In this document: positions 1 through 9,495 of the stretch, piece by piece
Position numbering within the stretch: position 1 is the first letter of the stretch
How the letters are laid out: each line of letters starts with the position of its first letter
Assembly: GCA_020148025.1 (NCBI GenBank)
Contig: JAHCRH010000002.1
Location: 1-60,975, forward strand
Direction: 5' to 3'
Origin: Patescibacteria group bacterium
Lineage (GTDB): Bacteria > Patescibacteriota > Minisyncoccia > Minisyncoccales > JAHCRE01
Length of the DNA stretch: 60,975 bases
Notes under the pieces: model-generated
What the model saw: only the letters and a program-made list of their open reading frames with translations
The model's database searches: none
Told to the model about the DNA's origin: nothing
Made by a program: the position numbers and the translations under genes

Positions 1-176
1 AAATTCCTCAAGGCACTGAATCAGGAAAAATTTTACGAATTTCTGGAAAGGGAATCCCTCATTTTTCAGGAAGAGGTCGAGGTAATTTGTATATGGAACT
101 GATTATTAAGACACCAAAGAAATTAACGAAAAAACAAAAAGAACTTTTAGAAAAATTAAGAAGAGAAGGGATGTAA
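1..176 (+). CDS. dnaJ: DnaJ chaperone, C-terminal end (partial)
   Basis: Manual translation IPQGTESGKILRISGKGIPHFSGRGRGNLYMELIIKTPKKLTKKQKELLEKL matches the DnaJ C-terminal domain; stop at 174-176. Confidence 0.9.
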   Translation, partial: IPQGTESGKILRISGKGIPHFSGRGRGNLYMELIIKTPKKLTKKQKELLEKLRREGM

Positions 177-179
177 TTT

Positions 180-253
180 GCGCCCATAGCTCAACCAGGT
201 AGAGCAGGATCCTTTTAAGATCAAGGTTGGGGGTTCGATTCCCTCTGGGCGCA
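180..253 (+). tRNA. tRNA-Lys(UUU)
   Basis: Acceptor GCGCCCA/TGGGCGC, D-arm AGCTCAACCAGGTAGAGC, anticodon loop CT-TTT-AA, T-loop GTTCGAT; CCA not encoded. Confidence 0.95.
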
Positions 254-398
254 CAATCATTCTTATCGAGAACTGTTCTCGGAAGATTTTGGAGAATAAA
301 ACTTGGCGATTTATCAAGGGCGTTTTCGTCTTTTTTTATTAAAAATCCGAAATTAATTTTAAAATGGACTTTTTGTCTAAATTTGCTATAAAATATTA

Positions 399-1586
399 AT
401 GGCTGTGTCCACAAAAAAGAAAATAGTTTTTGTCGTTTTGGGAATACTTTTAATTGGTATAAGTTTTGGCGCTGGTTTTTTAGTTGGGGAATTACAGGTA
501 ATTTGCCCTGTTTGTCCACCTGAAGAAATTGATTTTTCTCTTTTCTGGGAAGTCTGGAAAGTTTTGGAGGAAAAGTTTTTTGAACCTCAAAAACTTGACA
601 TCCAAAAAATGATTGAAGGAGCCATTTCTGGAATGATTAAATCTTTAGAAGACCCTTATACTGTTTTTTTCAATCCTGAAGAGACAAAAGAATTTATTGA
701 AGAAACAAAGGGAATTTTTGAAGGAATTGGGGCGGAAATTGGGATAAAAAAGGGCCAACTTTTAATTATTGCTCCTCTGGAAGGAACACCAGCTGAAAGA
801 GCAGGTCTGCGCTCCGGTGATAAAATTTTAAAAATTGATGACGCTATCACGACTAATTTAACAACTGAAGAAGCAGTTAGTTTAATCAGGGGAGCAAAAG
901 GAACAGAGGTTATTTTGACCATTTCTCGAGAAACTTGGGAAGAATCAAAAGAAATTAAAATTGTTCGAGCGACAATTAAGATTCCTTCTTTGAAATGGGA
1001 ACTAACCGAACAGGATATTGCATATTTAAAAATTTATCAATTTTTTGAGAAGACCGACGATGATTTTAGAAAGTTGGCAATCGAAATTTTGGCAAGTCCC
1101 AGCAAAAAAATAATTTTGGATTTAAGAAACAACCCCGGGGGTTATTTGGAAGTTGCCCAGGAAATTTCCGGTTGGTTTTTGGAAAGAGGAGATGTGGTAG
1201 CAATTGAAGATTTTGGTCTGGGAAAAGAGCAGAAGATTTATAAAGTCCAGGGAAATGAAAAATTTTTAGATTACCCAATGGTTATTTTAATTAATCAGGG
1301 ATCTGCCTCGGCATCGGAAATTTTAGCCGGCGCTTTAAGAGATAATCGCAAGATTCTAATAATTGGTGAAACCTCGTTTGGTAAAGGTTGTATTCAGGAA
1401 TTAGATGAATTGAGGGGAGGTTCCAGTTTAAAAATTACTGTTGCTAAATGGCTAACTCCAAAAGGAGAACTCATTACCGATAAGGGGCTTGAACCCGATA
1501 TTAAGGTTGAAATGACCGAAGAAGATTATGAAGAGGATCGGGATCCGCAACTCGAAGAAGCAATAAAAATAATTGAGAAATTATGA
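399..1586 (+). CDS. ctpA: S41 family C-terminal processing protease (PDZ + peptidase)
   Basis: GIGAEI PDZ entry, DLRNNPGG, SASASEI, GETSFGKG motifs; N-terminal TM. Confidence 0.95.
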   Translation: MAVSTKKKIVFVVLGILLIGISFGAGFLVGELQVICPVCPPEEIDFSLFWEVWKVLEEKFFEPQKLDIQKMIEGAISGMIKSLEDPYTVFFNPEETKEFIEETKGIFEGIGAEIGIKKGQLLIIAPLEGTPAERAGLRSGDKILKIDDAITTNLTTEEAVSLIRGAKGTEVILTISRETWEESKEIKIVRATIKIPSLKWELTEQDIAYLKIYQFFEKTDDDFRKLAIEILASPSKKIILDLRNNPGGYLEVAQEISGWFLERGDVVAIEDFGLGKEQKIYKVQGNEKFLDYPMVILINQGSASASEILAGALRDNRKILIIGETSFGKGCIQELDELRGGSSLKITVAKWLTPKGELITDKGLEPDIKVEMTEEDYEEDRDPQLEEAIKIIEKL

Positions 1587-1778
1587 GGATCACGATTCTA
1601 GAAAGGGGGTCGGGGAAACTGGGTGTTTCCCCGTGGCGGAAATATTAAAACCGAGGGGTTTTAAGGAGCGGAGCGAAGCGAGCCCGAAGGGCGAGCGCTC
1701 GAACGAAGTGAGAGGGAGCGGAGCGACGATCGGGATCCGCAATTGGACAAAGCGATTGAAATAATACAAAAATTATAG
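1536..1778 (+). repeat. Diverged duplication of the ctpA 3' end (1536-1586 / 1728-1778) flanking a GAGCGAAGCG-rich element
   Basis: 15-bp identity GATCGGGATCCGCAA; the copies encode DRDPQLEEAIKIIEKL* and DRDPQLDKAIEIIQKL*. Confidence 0.85.
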
Positions 1779-1817
1779 TAAAAATGCTATAATGAATTAA
1801 GGTTTTAACGTGGAGTT

Positions 1818-2264
1818 ATGCGGGTAATACTTTTACAAAACATAGATAAGCTTGGGAAGAAATATGAAGTTAAAGAAGTAAAAAATGGCTATGCCAGAAA
1901 TTTTTTGATTCCCAAGGGTTTGGCAAAACCAGCGACTAAGAAGGCGTTGAAATGGCTTAAGAACCAGAAAGAGATTAGGGCAAGAAAGGATGAAGAGGAA
2001 CTAAAGGAGATTCAGAGTTTTGCCTCCAGCGTCGATGGATTAGAACTAGTGATTCCGGTTAAGATTGGGGAAAAAGAGCAACTTTTTGAATCAATAACTT
2101 CTCAAAAAATTTTAGAGAAATTAAAAGAACGAGGCCTTGAGATTAAAAGAGCTCAAATTGATTTACCAGAGCCAATTAAAGAACTTGGCGAATTCCCGGT
2201 GAAAATTCATTTTGAACATAATTTAGAAGCCGAAATAAAAGTAATAATTACTGAGGAGAAATAA
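1818..2264 (+). CDS. rplI: 50S ribosomal protein L9
   Basis: MRVILL...LGK...VKNGYARNFLIPKGLA motif. Confidence 0.97.
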   Translation: MRVILLQNIDKLGKKYEVKEVKNGYARNFLIPKGLAKPATKKALKWLKNQKEIRARKDEEELKEIQSFASSVDGLELVIPVKIGEKEQLFESITSQKILEKLKERGLEIKRAQIDLPEPIKELGEFPVKIHFEHNLEAEIKVIITEEK

Positions 2265-2271
2265 TTGGCTT

Positions 2272-3900
2272 ATGGCGCGCTATATTTTTGTTGCCGGCGG
2301 TGTAATGTCCGGTATCGGCAAAGGGGTGGCTACTGCTTCAATTGGAAGGATTTTGCAGAGCAAGGGTTTTAAAGTAACCGCTACTAAAATTGACCCCTAT
2401 ATTAATGTCGATGCTGGAACTATGAACCCTATTGAACATGGGGAAATTTTCGTGACCAAAGATGGTGTAGAATGTGATCAAGATATGGGGAATTACGAAA
2501 GATTTTTAGATGAGAATTTGACTACCGATAATTATATTACCACCGGTCGAGTTTATCAGGCGGTGATCAATCGGGAAAGAAATTTAGAATACCGGGGTCG
2601 ATGTGTTGAGGTAGTGCCTGATATTCCAAATGAAGTAATTTCTCGAATTAAAAAAGCAGCCAGAAAAACTAAGGCTGATTTTGTTTTAATTGAAATTGGG
2701 GGAACAGTTGGTGAGTATCAAAACATGCTTTTCTTGGAGGCAGCCAGAATGATGAAGCTCCAAAGGCCAAAAGATGTTCTTTTTATTTTGGTTTCTTATT
2801 TACCAATTCCCGAAATGATTGGAGAAATGAAAACCAAGCCCACCCAGAATGCAGTCAGACTTTTAAATGATGCTGGAATTCAGCCTGATATTATTTTAGG
2901 AAGATCTAAAGTTCCCCTAGATGAGCCGAGGAAAAGAAAAATCTCAATTTTTTGTAATGTGCTTAAAGAAGATATAATTTCCGCTCCTGATGTTCAATCA
3001 ATTTATGAGGTTCCAATCAACTTCGAAAAAGAAAATTTAGGGAATCGAGTTTTAAAGAAATTTGACTTAAGACCAAGAAAAAGTAATTTAAAAGATTGGA
3101 AAGCTTTGGTCAGAATAATAAAAACTGCTAAAAAAATAGTTAAAGTTGGAATGGTCGGAAAATACTTCAAAACCGGAAAGTTCACTTTAATGGATTCCTA
3201 TATTTCAATAATTGAGGCAATAAAGCACGCCAGTTGGTTTCATAAAAGAATACCTGAGATTCATTGGTTATCTGCAGAAAAATATGAAAGAGATCCCAAG
3301 AAGCTCCAGGAATTAAAAAAATATGATGGGATAATCGTTCCCGGTGGTTTCGGGAGAAGGGGAGTGGAAGGAAAGATAAAAGCAATTGAATATTGTCGAA
3401 AGAAAAAAATCCCATTTTTGGGATTATGTTTGGGGATGCAGTTAGCAGTAGTTGAATTTGCCAGAAATGTCTGCGGTCTAAAAAACGCTAATTCAACTGA
3501 ATTCAAACCAGCGAGAACTCTTCTCGATGCTAATGTAATTGATGTGATGCCGGAGCAGAAGGCTCTTTTGAAAGAGAAAAAATATGGTGGGACAATGAGA
3601 CTGGGAGAGTATAAATGTGAATTAAAACGAGATACTTTAAGCTGGAAGTCATATGGTAAAAAAAATTATATTTTTGAAAGACATCGCCACCGCTATGAGT
3701 TAAATAATCAATTTAGAGAAATTTTAGAGAGAAAAGGATTGCAAATGGCGGGCCTAAATCCAGAAAGAGATTTAGTAGAAATCATTGAGTTGAAAAATCA
3801 TCCTTTTTTTGTGGCAACCCAATTTCATCCAGAATTTAAATCAGGGCCATTAAAACCTCACCCCTTGTTTAGAGAATTTATCAAAGCTTGTATAAAATGA
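2272..3900 (+). CDS. pyrG: CTP synthase
   Basis: GGVMSGIGKG, KIDPYINVDAGTM, GLCLGMQ, RHRHRYE, QFHPEF. Confidence 0.98.
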   Translation: MARYIFVAGGVMSGIGKGVATASIGRILQSKGFKVTATKIDPYINVDAGTMNPIEHGEIFVTKDGVECDQDMGNYERFLDENLTTDNYITTGRVYQAVINRERNLEYRGRCVEVVPDIPNEVISRIKKAARKTKADFVLIEIGGTVGEYQNMLFLEAARMMKLQRPKDVLFILVSYLPIPEMIGEMKTKPTQNAVRLLNDAGIQPDIILGRSKVPLDEPRKRKISIFCNVLKEDIISAPDVQSIYEVPINFEKENLGNRVLKKFDLRPRKSNLKDWKALVRIIKTAKKIVKVGMVGKYFKTGKFTLMDSYISIIEAIKHASWFHKRIPEIHWLSAEKYERDPKKLQELKKYDGIIVPGGFGRRGVEGKIKAIEYCRKKKIPFLGLCLGMQLAVVEFARNVCGLKNANSTEFKPARTLLDANVIDVMPEQKALLKEKKYGGTMRLGEYKCELKRDTLSWKSYGKKNYIFERHRHRYELNNQFREILERKGLQMAGLNPERDLVEIIELKNHPFFVATQFHPEFKSGPLKPHPLFREFIKACIK

Positions 3901-3947
3901 AAACCGTAGAGTTACGGTTCGAAATAACTATCTTTACTTATTAGGAT

Positions 3948-4220
3948 TTATTTCACATTAACAACCTTAACAGTTCGGCGAGAACGGTCAAATCTTATCT
4001 TCCTTTTTGTTCCAAATTCAACAAGCCCCTCTTTTATGGCATAAAGGGTATCATCTTTTCCTCTTCTGACATTTTTTCCGGGAAGGAATTTAGTTCCTCG
4101 CTGACGGATAATTATCATTCCTGGTTTGACTTTCTGTCCCTCAAAAATTTTAACTCCCAAATATTTAGGTTGTGAATCCCTTCCCAGCCTGGTAGCAGCT
4201 TTAGCTTTAGTTTTTGCCAT
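3948..4220 (-). CDS. rpmA: 50S ribosomal protein L27 (start reassigned to ATG 4220)
   Basis: [12 protein letters not shown]...IIIRQRGT...[11 protein letters not shown]. Confidence 0.95.
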   Translation of the reverse strand: MAKTKAKAATRLGRDSQPKYLGVKIFEGQKVKPGMIIIRQRGTKFLPGKNVRRGKDDTLYAIKEGLVEFGTKRKIRFDRSRRTVKVVNVK

Positions 4221-4275
4221 ATTTGCGAAGCAAATATGGCAACCCCGTATTAATGGGGTGCCATACCTAATACCT

Positions 4276-4395
4276 ATGTTATCAAAACTTAAACAGTTTG
4301 TCAAAGAGCATCAAAGTGATACAATATTGCTAATAGGAGTTATTTTAATTTCCTTACTTTCTTTTGCTATGGGTTACATTGTTGCCAAGCAATAA
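4276..4395 (+). pseudogene. Small single-TM protein, possibly truncated by a premature TAA
   Basis: [39 protein letters not shown] continues in frame as EKEPILIE. Confidence 0.4.
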
Positions 4396-4568
4396 GAAAA
4401 AGAACCGATTCTCATTGAATACCAGTGGACCCCTTTCTTTGCAAGACTACAACCTACCCTCCCATCTTCCCAGGCTTCGCTTGGGCCCCTGGTGTCCAAG
4501 CGCCAAAGAACACCAGGGTGTAAAATGTCTCGGGACCTTATAACCCGTAGAAATTTTACTGATTATAT

Positions 4569-5306
4569 ATGAAAAGAAAGAAAAAATTTAAAAAAGTTCC
4601 ATATCATTTAGTTTTATTCCCTGATGGTAATCGTCGTTGGGCCCGGAAAAGAGGATTACCAGCTCTAGAGGGTCATTCAGCAGGCCGTCGAAATTTTGAA
4701 AGGATTCTTACTCACTGTCAGAAAAGAGGAGTGAAGGTTTTAACTGTCTTTGGGTTTTCAACCGAAAATTGGAAAAGATCAAAAGAAGAGGTAAACTTTT
4801 TAATGAAATTGTTTGAGAGGCATTTATCAAATAAAGAAAGTATAAAAAGACTTCTTAAAGAAAAAGTAAAAGTGAAAATAATCGGCCAGAAAGAAAGATT
4901 ATCAAAATCTCTACAGAAAGTGATTAAAAAAATAGAGAATTTAACCAAGAATAATAAAAAATTCCAGTTAAATTTGGCTGTAAGTTATGGTGGCAGATGG
5001 GATATTTTACAGGCTGTTCAAAGGATTGTTAGGAAGAAAATTCCAGTTAAGAAAATTACTGAAAAACTAATAGAAAAATATCTTACAACTGCTGGTCTTC
5101 CAGCTCCTGACTTGGTCATTCGGGCTGGGGGAGAAAAAAGATTATCTAATTTTGTACTTTGGCAAACAGCCTATTCTGAGCTCTATTTTTCTGAAAAACT
5201 CTGGCCAGATTTTACTGAAAGAGATTTAGATAGAGCCCTTGAAGAATATGCTCGGCGGGAAAGAAGATTTGGCGGAAAGAAAATTAAAAAATATTTAAAA
5301 TCTTAA
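4569..5306 (+). CDS. uppS: Undecaprenyl diphosphate synthase
   Basis: DGNRRWA, FSTENWKRS, YGGR, PDLVIR, RLSNF, YSELYF. Confidence 0.96.
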   Translation: MKRKKKFKKVPYHLVLFPDGNRRWARKRGLPALEGHSAGRRNFERILTHCQKRGVKVLTVFGFSTENWKRSKEEVNFLMKLFERHLSNKESIKRLLKEKVKVKIIGQKERLSKSLQKVIKKIENLTKNNKKFQLNLAVSYGGRWDILQAVQRIVRKKIPVKKITEKLIEKYLTTAGLPAPDLVIRAGGEKRLSNFVLWQTAYSELYFSEKLWPDFTERDLDRALEEYARRERRFGGKKIKKYLKS

Positions 5307-5319
5307 TTTTTAAAAAAAT

Positions 5320-5475
5320 ATGACAGAGGAAATTCGAGATCAAATTTCTGAAATAAAAAGAGAGGTGGAAAGAATTCGAAATATGCTTTATGACATAAAA
5401 GAGCTTATTGGGATCTTAAGTAGTGATATCAGAAATTTAAAACATAATATCGAAGAACTGAAAAGGAAAAAATAA
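5320..5475 (+). CDS. 51-aa coiled-coil hypothetical protein (not in ORF track)
   Basis: MTEEIRDQISEIKREVERIRNMLYDIKELIGILSSDIRNLKHNIEELKRKK; heptad pattern, directly follows uppS. Confidence 0.6.
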   Translation: MTEEIRDQISEIKREVERIRNMLYDIKELIGILSSDIRNLKHNIEELKRKK

Positions 5476-5482
5476 AAAAATA

Positions 5483-5644
5483 ATGAATACTTTATATACA
5501 GGTTTTATTATAGTTGCGGCAATTGTCTTCTTAGTTAGTTTGATTGAATATTTAACCGGTGCTGAACGTGAGGGCTTGAAATTTTTTATTTTTGTTATAG
5601 TTGCATTTCTTATATTTTCTTTTATTGCCTCTTCAATTCAATAA
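5483..5644 (+). CDS. 53-aa two-TM small membrane protein (not in ORF track)
   Basis: MNTLYTGFIIVAAIVFLVSLIEYLTGAEREGLKFFIFVIVAFLIFSFIASSIQ, followed by perfect hairpin TCTATCGACTT/AAGTCGATAGA. Confidence 0.6.
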   Translation: MNTLYTGFIIVAAIVFLVSLIEYLTGAEREGLKFFIFVIVAFLIFSFIASSIQ

Positions 5645-5726
5645 TCTATCGACTTACGAAGTCGATAGATCTTCACCACCGCCCGAGAGTTTTTCTCGGG
5701 GTTTTGTTTTGATATAATAAAAGAAT

Positions 5727-5960
5727 ATGAAGACCAAAAAAGAAAGAATTCATGGGTTCTGGCTGAAGTTTGACGAGGAGTTGAGAGAAGGAGTGCGGTA
5801 TCTCCGCGATGATTTGCAATACAGGGAGGCAAAGACACTTTTTGATGCAGCCCGCTTACAAGGCACTGCAGAATTCGAGGATGATTACGATCGGGACTGG
5901 ACCCTGACTTATAATCGCGGAGAGGGCACCTACACTTTAGTTCGCCGCCAACGAGAATAA
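5727..5960 (+). CDS. Hypothetical protein
   Basis: Protein-like composition; TGATATAAT just upstream and terminator-like repeat downstream. Confidence 0.7.
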   Translation: MKTKKERIHGFWLKFDEELREGVRYLRDDLQYREAKTLFDAARLQGTAEFEDDYDRDWTLTYNRGEGTYTLVRRQRE

Positions 5961-6147
5961 GTTAGTCAACCAAACAAGAAAGCCCATCACTGGGCCCCGC
6001 ACCGTACGGTGCAGGGCTGGGCAATTTTTATTAGTAATATCAAATAGTAAGGAAGGGTAAGGGCAGTCATTAGTAAAATCCCTTTAATATTGTGCGATAC
6101 TTATTAGATACTTGACAAGGGTTCTGGTCAGGAAGATAATAGAAAGT

Positions 6148-6325
6148 GAGAGTTGTTCCTTGGGCAACTAAATCACCAATTATTGTCCTGAATGGACAGG
6201 AAATTTGAGAGCTGTTCCCAGAAAAACTCTCCCCCATTTTTTTATAAATGGGAAATAGCACCTTAACAAAATTCAGTCATCCTTACGAAAGGCACACTTC
6301 AATAAACGTGTGCCTCCCTTTTTTT
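6148..6325 (+). ncRNA. Putative structured ncRNA, copy 1
   Basis: TTGACA(6112)-17-GATAAT promoter; closing stem 6148-6168/6214-6231; ATAGCACCTTAACAA; terminator AGGCACAC/GTGTGCCT + T-run; no credible ORF. Confidence 0.55.
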
Positions 6326-6438
6326 ATTTTTTCTTATATCCAAGAGCTCAGGAGCCTGTTTTGGGGAGGGTGGTTGGGAGTTGACAAATTTTAGAATTAT
6401 TGTAAAAATATAAATAAGTTAGCTTTTTAAAAATATGT

Positions 6439-7527
6439 ATGGAGGCGAGAATGGAGATGAAAGAGAACGATAAGATTCTATATTCTCTCAATGATTACGT
6501 AGCTCAACTCTTCAGTAAAGTACTGTACGCTACTAAGAATTCAAGAAGAAGATTAATTCTGGAAGCTTTTAATGAACATAAGACAAGAACTGAGGAGGAT
6601 ATCCAGCAATATCTTAAGAGGAAAGGCGTTATTAAAGATACTAGAGGGTACAGTAAAGGTAAGCTCAGAAAAAATCATTTAATTCCATTGGTAGAAGCCA
6701 AGATACTCGAAGAAGGAGAGGATCACTTATTTGAAATCACCTCATTTGGAAAAGAGATAAAACAAATAATTGGCAGAGTCAAAGAACTTGGCACCTTGAC
6801 CATATCTCCCCAACAAACGCTATATCCAGAGCGTGTTTTACTGAAATTACGAAAAGGAAGTAAGAGATATAGCAAACTCAAATCAAAAATATATATCTCG
6901 ACTTTCGAGAAAATCATACAAAAATTGGTAAACAGGGGCCTTGTTAGGGTGAATCATCCCTGTGGTTCGCCCCACATTCATTCACTCTCCCATTTCACTA
7001 CTTCTTCCTACTATCCATTTATCCAAAGCGTTAAGACTTACCCAGAAAGGACCGGCAGATCATGGTTTACAGAATATTCAATAACCCACTATTTAGCACA
7101 GGAATGGAAAGAAAAAGTTGGCAGACCCATAGATATAGATGAGATACGTGAACTCTTGAAAAAAGGCGTAGAAGTAGGCGATATCGTAAAAACCGATGGG
7201 AGCTACAAACCATCATCTATTAGTGATCCGCTTGAAAGCTTAAAAACGCCAGGTAGGAAAGTTTTTAATTCAATCAAGGAAGGCTACGATACTGTTCGAG
7301 AGATAAAAGATAAAAGTGGATTGTCTTTTGCATCAACCTACAAGATTCTATCGAGGTTGAAAGAAAAAAATTTAATCGAAGAGCACAAAGAGTATGTCAC
7401 AATTGAGTTAACAGAGAAGGGGAGAAAGCTTGCTGATTGCTTATTTCAAATAAAAGAATGCGTGATAAATTTTGTGTATACCCACAAGGCAGAATTTCAA
7501 GAAAGAGTTGAGGTTGAAAGCGAGTGA
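6439..7527 (+). CDS. Multi winged-helix DNA-binding protein
   Basis: Repeated wHTH-like segments (LIPLVEAKILEE..FEITSFGKE; STYKILSRLKEKNLIEE..IELTEKGRKL); own TTGACA promoter at ~6382. Confidence 0.7.
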   Translation: MEARMEMKENDKILYSLNDYVAQLFSKVLYATKNSRRRLILEAFNEHKTRTEEDIQQYLKRKGVIKDTRGYSKGKLRKNHLIPLVEAKILEEGEDHLFEITSFGKEIKQIIGRVKELGTLTISPQQTLYPERVLLKLRKGSKRYSKLKSKIYISTFEKIIQKLVNRGLVRVNHPCGSPHIHSLSHFTTSSYYPFIQSVKTYPERTGRSWFTEYSITHYLAQEWKEKVGRPIDIDEIRELLKKGVEVGDIVKTDGSYKPSSISDPLESLKTPGRKVFNSIKEGYDTVREIKDKSGLSFASTYKILSRLKEKNLIEEHKEYVTIELTEKGRKLADCLFQIKECVINFVYTHKAEFQERVEVESE

Positions 7528-7655
7528 AAATAAAGCAATTTGCTAATAACCCACCAAACTTTTAGTTTAGTGGGTTTTTTTATTACAGCCCCGTTAATAT
7601 TGTGCGACATTTATTAGATACTTGACAAGGGTTCTGGTTAGGATAATAATAGAAC

Positions 7656-7876
7656 TAGAGGGTTTCTTTGGGACAATAAGCTACCCTGGCCGGATGCGAA
7701 CCTCGAGATTGGCCTTATAGAGTAGAGGGTAGGAAAGAGGAAGGGGGATAAAGGAGAGTGTTCCCAAAGAAACTCTCTAATAGACGAGGATATAGCTCAT
7801 TATATAGCACCTTAACAAAATCAGTCATCATTACGAAAGGCACACCTCTGAATAAACGTGTGCCTCTCTTTTTTTA
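7656..7876 (+). ncRNA. Putative structured ncRNA, copy 2
   Basis: TTGACA(7622)-17-AATAAT; ~20-bp closing stem TAGAGGGTTTCTTTGGGACA/TGTTCCCAAAGAAACTCTCTA; same 3' module as copy 1. Confidence 0.55.
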
Positions 7877-7989
7877 TCTCATTTTTTTTGCGTCCGAGAG
7901 TTTTCTTAGAATCTTGTTTATTCTTGACAATTTTTATAAAAATATATAACATTGAATTAGAATTTAGTAAAAAAGGAGGGGATTAAAAA

Positions 7990-8343
7990 GTGGAAGGGAT
8001 AGCACAGAAAAAGGAAGAACTTTTATCTTCACTGAAACACAAGGTTGACCATTTGAAAGAGATGAAAGCTGAAAATCTTATCGATCACGTTGCTCACGAA
8101 GTACTTTATTTGGGTTTCATGGAATGGCTAAGGATTCTATTCAGTGCATTTCCTGGGTTCGAATGGCAAGGAAAAAAGGAAGCAATGGGTTTGGCCTTTG
8201 TACCGTATAAAAGATTTCTTTTTGACAGGTTCTTTATTGGGATAACTGAAAGAGTTCTTGATGGTTTCGGTGAAAAAGATAGAGAAAGACTGAGAGAAGG
8301 CGGTTGGCAGAAGTATCTTAATGCATATCGTGGTCTAGATTAA
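7990..8343 (+). CDS. Hypothetical protein
   Basis: GTG start with AAGGAGG SD, TTGACA promoter at ~7924, GGCACAC/GTGTGCC terminator at ~8395. Confidence 0.75.
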   Translation: MEGIAQKKEELLSSLKHKVDHLKEMKAENLIDHVAHEVLYLGFMEWLRILFSAFPGFEWQGKKEAMGLAFVPYKRFLFDRFFIGITERVLDGFGEKDRERLREGGWQKYLNAYRGLD

Positions 8344-8418
8344 GCAAGGCTCTTTTCCAATGGAAGTACAGCAACTTAACGTCAGGCATTTTATGGCACA
8401 CCTCTGTGTGCCTGTTTT

Positions 8419-9375
8419 TTATTCTCTTAGTTTTTTGCCACTATGAAATTTCCGATGGATTTCGCGCAATCTTTTACTTGTAACATGGGTGTAAATTTGG
8501 GTGCTGGTGATACTTCGATGGCCGAGGAATTCCTGAATAGTTCTTAAATCAACTCCTTGGGTCAAAAGATCCGTTGCCATGCTGTGACGAAGCGTGTGCG
8601 GCGTAGTAAAGATCGGGACACCGGCTAATATTGCATATTTTTTAACGATTCTTTCTATAGAACGAGCCGTTAAACGATTTTCTACACCTTTTCTGGCCCT
8701 ATAGTGAATAAATAGGGCTTTTACTTTATCTTTGCGAGTTTCTAAATATTGCTTAACCCAGGATAAGGCACGTTCTGAAAAATAGACGGTTCGAGGAGTA
8801 TCTCCTTTACCAATAATCGAAAGCTCCAAATCCTTTTTATCTCTTATGTTAGCGAATTGTTCTTTATTAAGGGCGACAAGTTCTGCTATTCTTAAGCCAG
8901 TCGAAAAAAAGGTCTCCAAAATAGCTCTGTCTCTTAAGCCAATCTTATTTTTCGTGTTAGGGGCTAATAAAAGCCGCTCAATCTGCTCTAGATTAAGGAA
9001 TTTAACGGTTTTTGCGCCTCTAGCGTCCTTTGGAAGCTTTATTTTGTCTGCCGGAAGTGAAACTATATCTTTGGCGGTAAAATAGCTTAAGAGGGCTCTC
9101 AGGGCGATTAAATAGTAGTTCTGGGTTATCTTTTTTAAAGGTTTGCCCTTATATGTGTGAAAACGGGATAAATATAAGCGGTAGTGCCAGATATCGTCTG
9201 TAGTCAGCTCGTGAGGCTTTAAATCTGCTTTATTTGTCTTTGTTAGCCAAGATTCGAATTTCCTAAGATAGCGCTTATAATTCTTTTGAGTATTATCTGA
9301 TAATCCTTTTTCTATCTCACAATAATCTAGAAAGTCGGGGATATGTTTTGTAATTGGTTTGTCAGATTTTTTCAT
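8419..9375 (-). CDS. XerC/XerD-type tyrosine recombinase
   Basis: SAM-like N-domain (FLDYCEIEKGLSDNT..Y); intact R-K-HxxR-H-Y residues (GLRIAEL, GKG, HTLRHS, LGH, QIYTH); no IntI-specific insertion. Confidence 0.93.
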   Translation of the reverse strand: MKKSDKPITKHIPDFLDYCEIEKGLSDNTQKNYKRYLRKFESWLTKTNKADLKPHELTTDDIWHYRLYLSRFHTYKGKPLKKITQNYYLIALRALLSYFTAKDIVSLPADKIKLPKDARGAKTVKFLNLEQIERLLLAPNTKNKIGLRDRAILETFFSTGLRIAELVALNKEQFANIRDKKDLELSIIGKGDTPRTVYFSERALSWVKQYLETRKDKVKALFIHYRARKGVENRLTARSIERIVKKYAILAGVPIFTTPHTLRHSMATDLLTQGVDLRTIQEFLGHRSITSTQIYTHVTSKRLREIHRKFHSGKKLRE

Positions 9376-9456
9376 AAAAATATAAGAGCAGATTCTTGCG
9401 ACACTCGGGGGAGTGTCCGCAAAATCTGCGCCAGGTAAAGCGGGCTTATATCAGAT

Positions 9457-9484
9457 AAGTCGATTTACCATCATTGTGCGACTA
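9457..9484. other. dif-like site in the recombinase 5' leader
   Basis: AAGTCGATTTA-CCATCA-TTGTGCGACTA (11-6-11). Confidence 0.55.
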
Positions 9485-9495
9485 TATCTATATTC

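Noticed and set aside
106..519. 137-aa minus-strand ORF and other antisense ORFs in the track (e.g. 656, 14912, 37165, 45083, 49853)
   Set aside because: Shadow frames overlapping a tRNA or well-supported genes on the opposite strand.
1573..1764. 63-aa ORF after ctpA
   Set aside because: Translation of the GC-rich repeat element; no protein-like features.
6148..7876. 6S RNA, SRP RNA or riboswitch identity for the paired RNAs
   Set aside because: No symmetric central bubble, SRP loop or known aptamer motif recognised; left unassigned pending an Rfam search.
8419..9375. Integron integrase with attC cassettes
   Set aside because: Lacks the IntI-specific insertion before box II, and the spacers do not show RYYYAAC...GTTRRRY attC structure; Xer-like instead.
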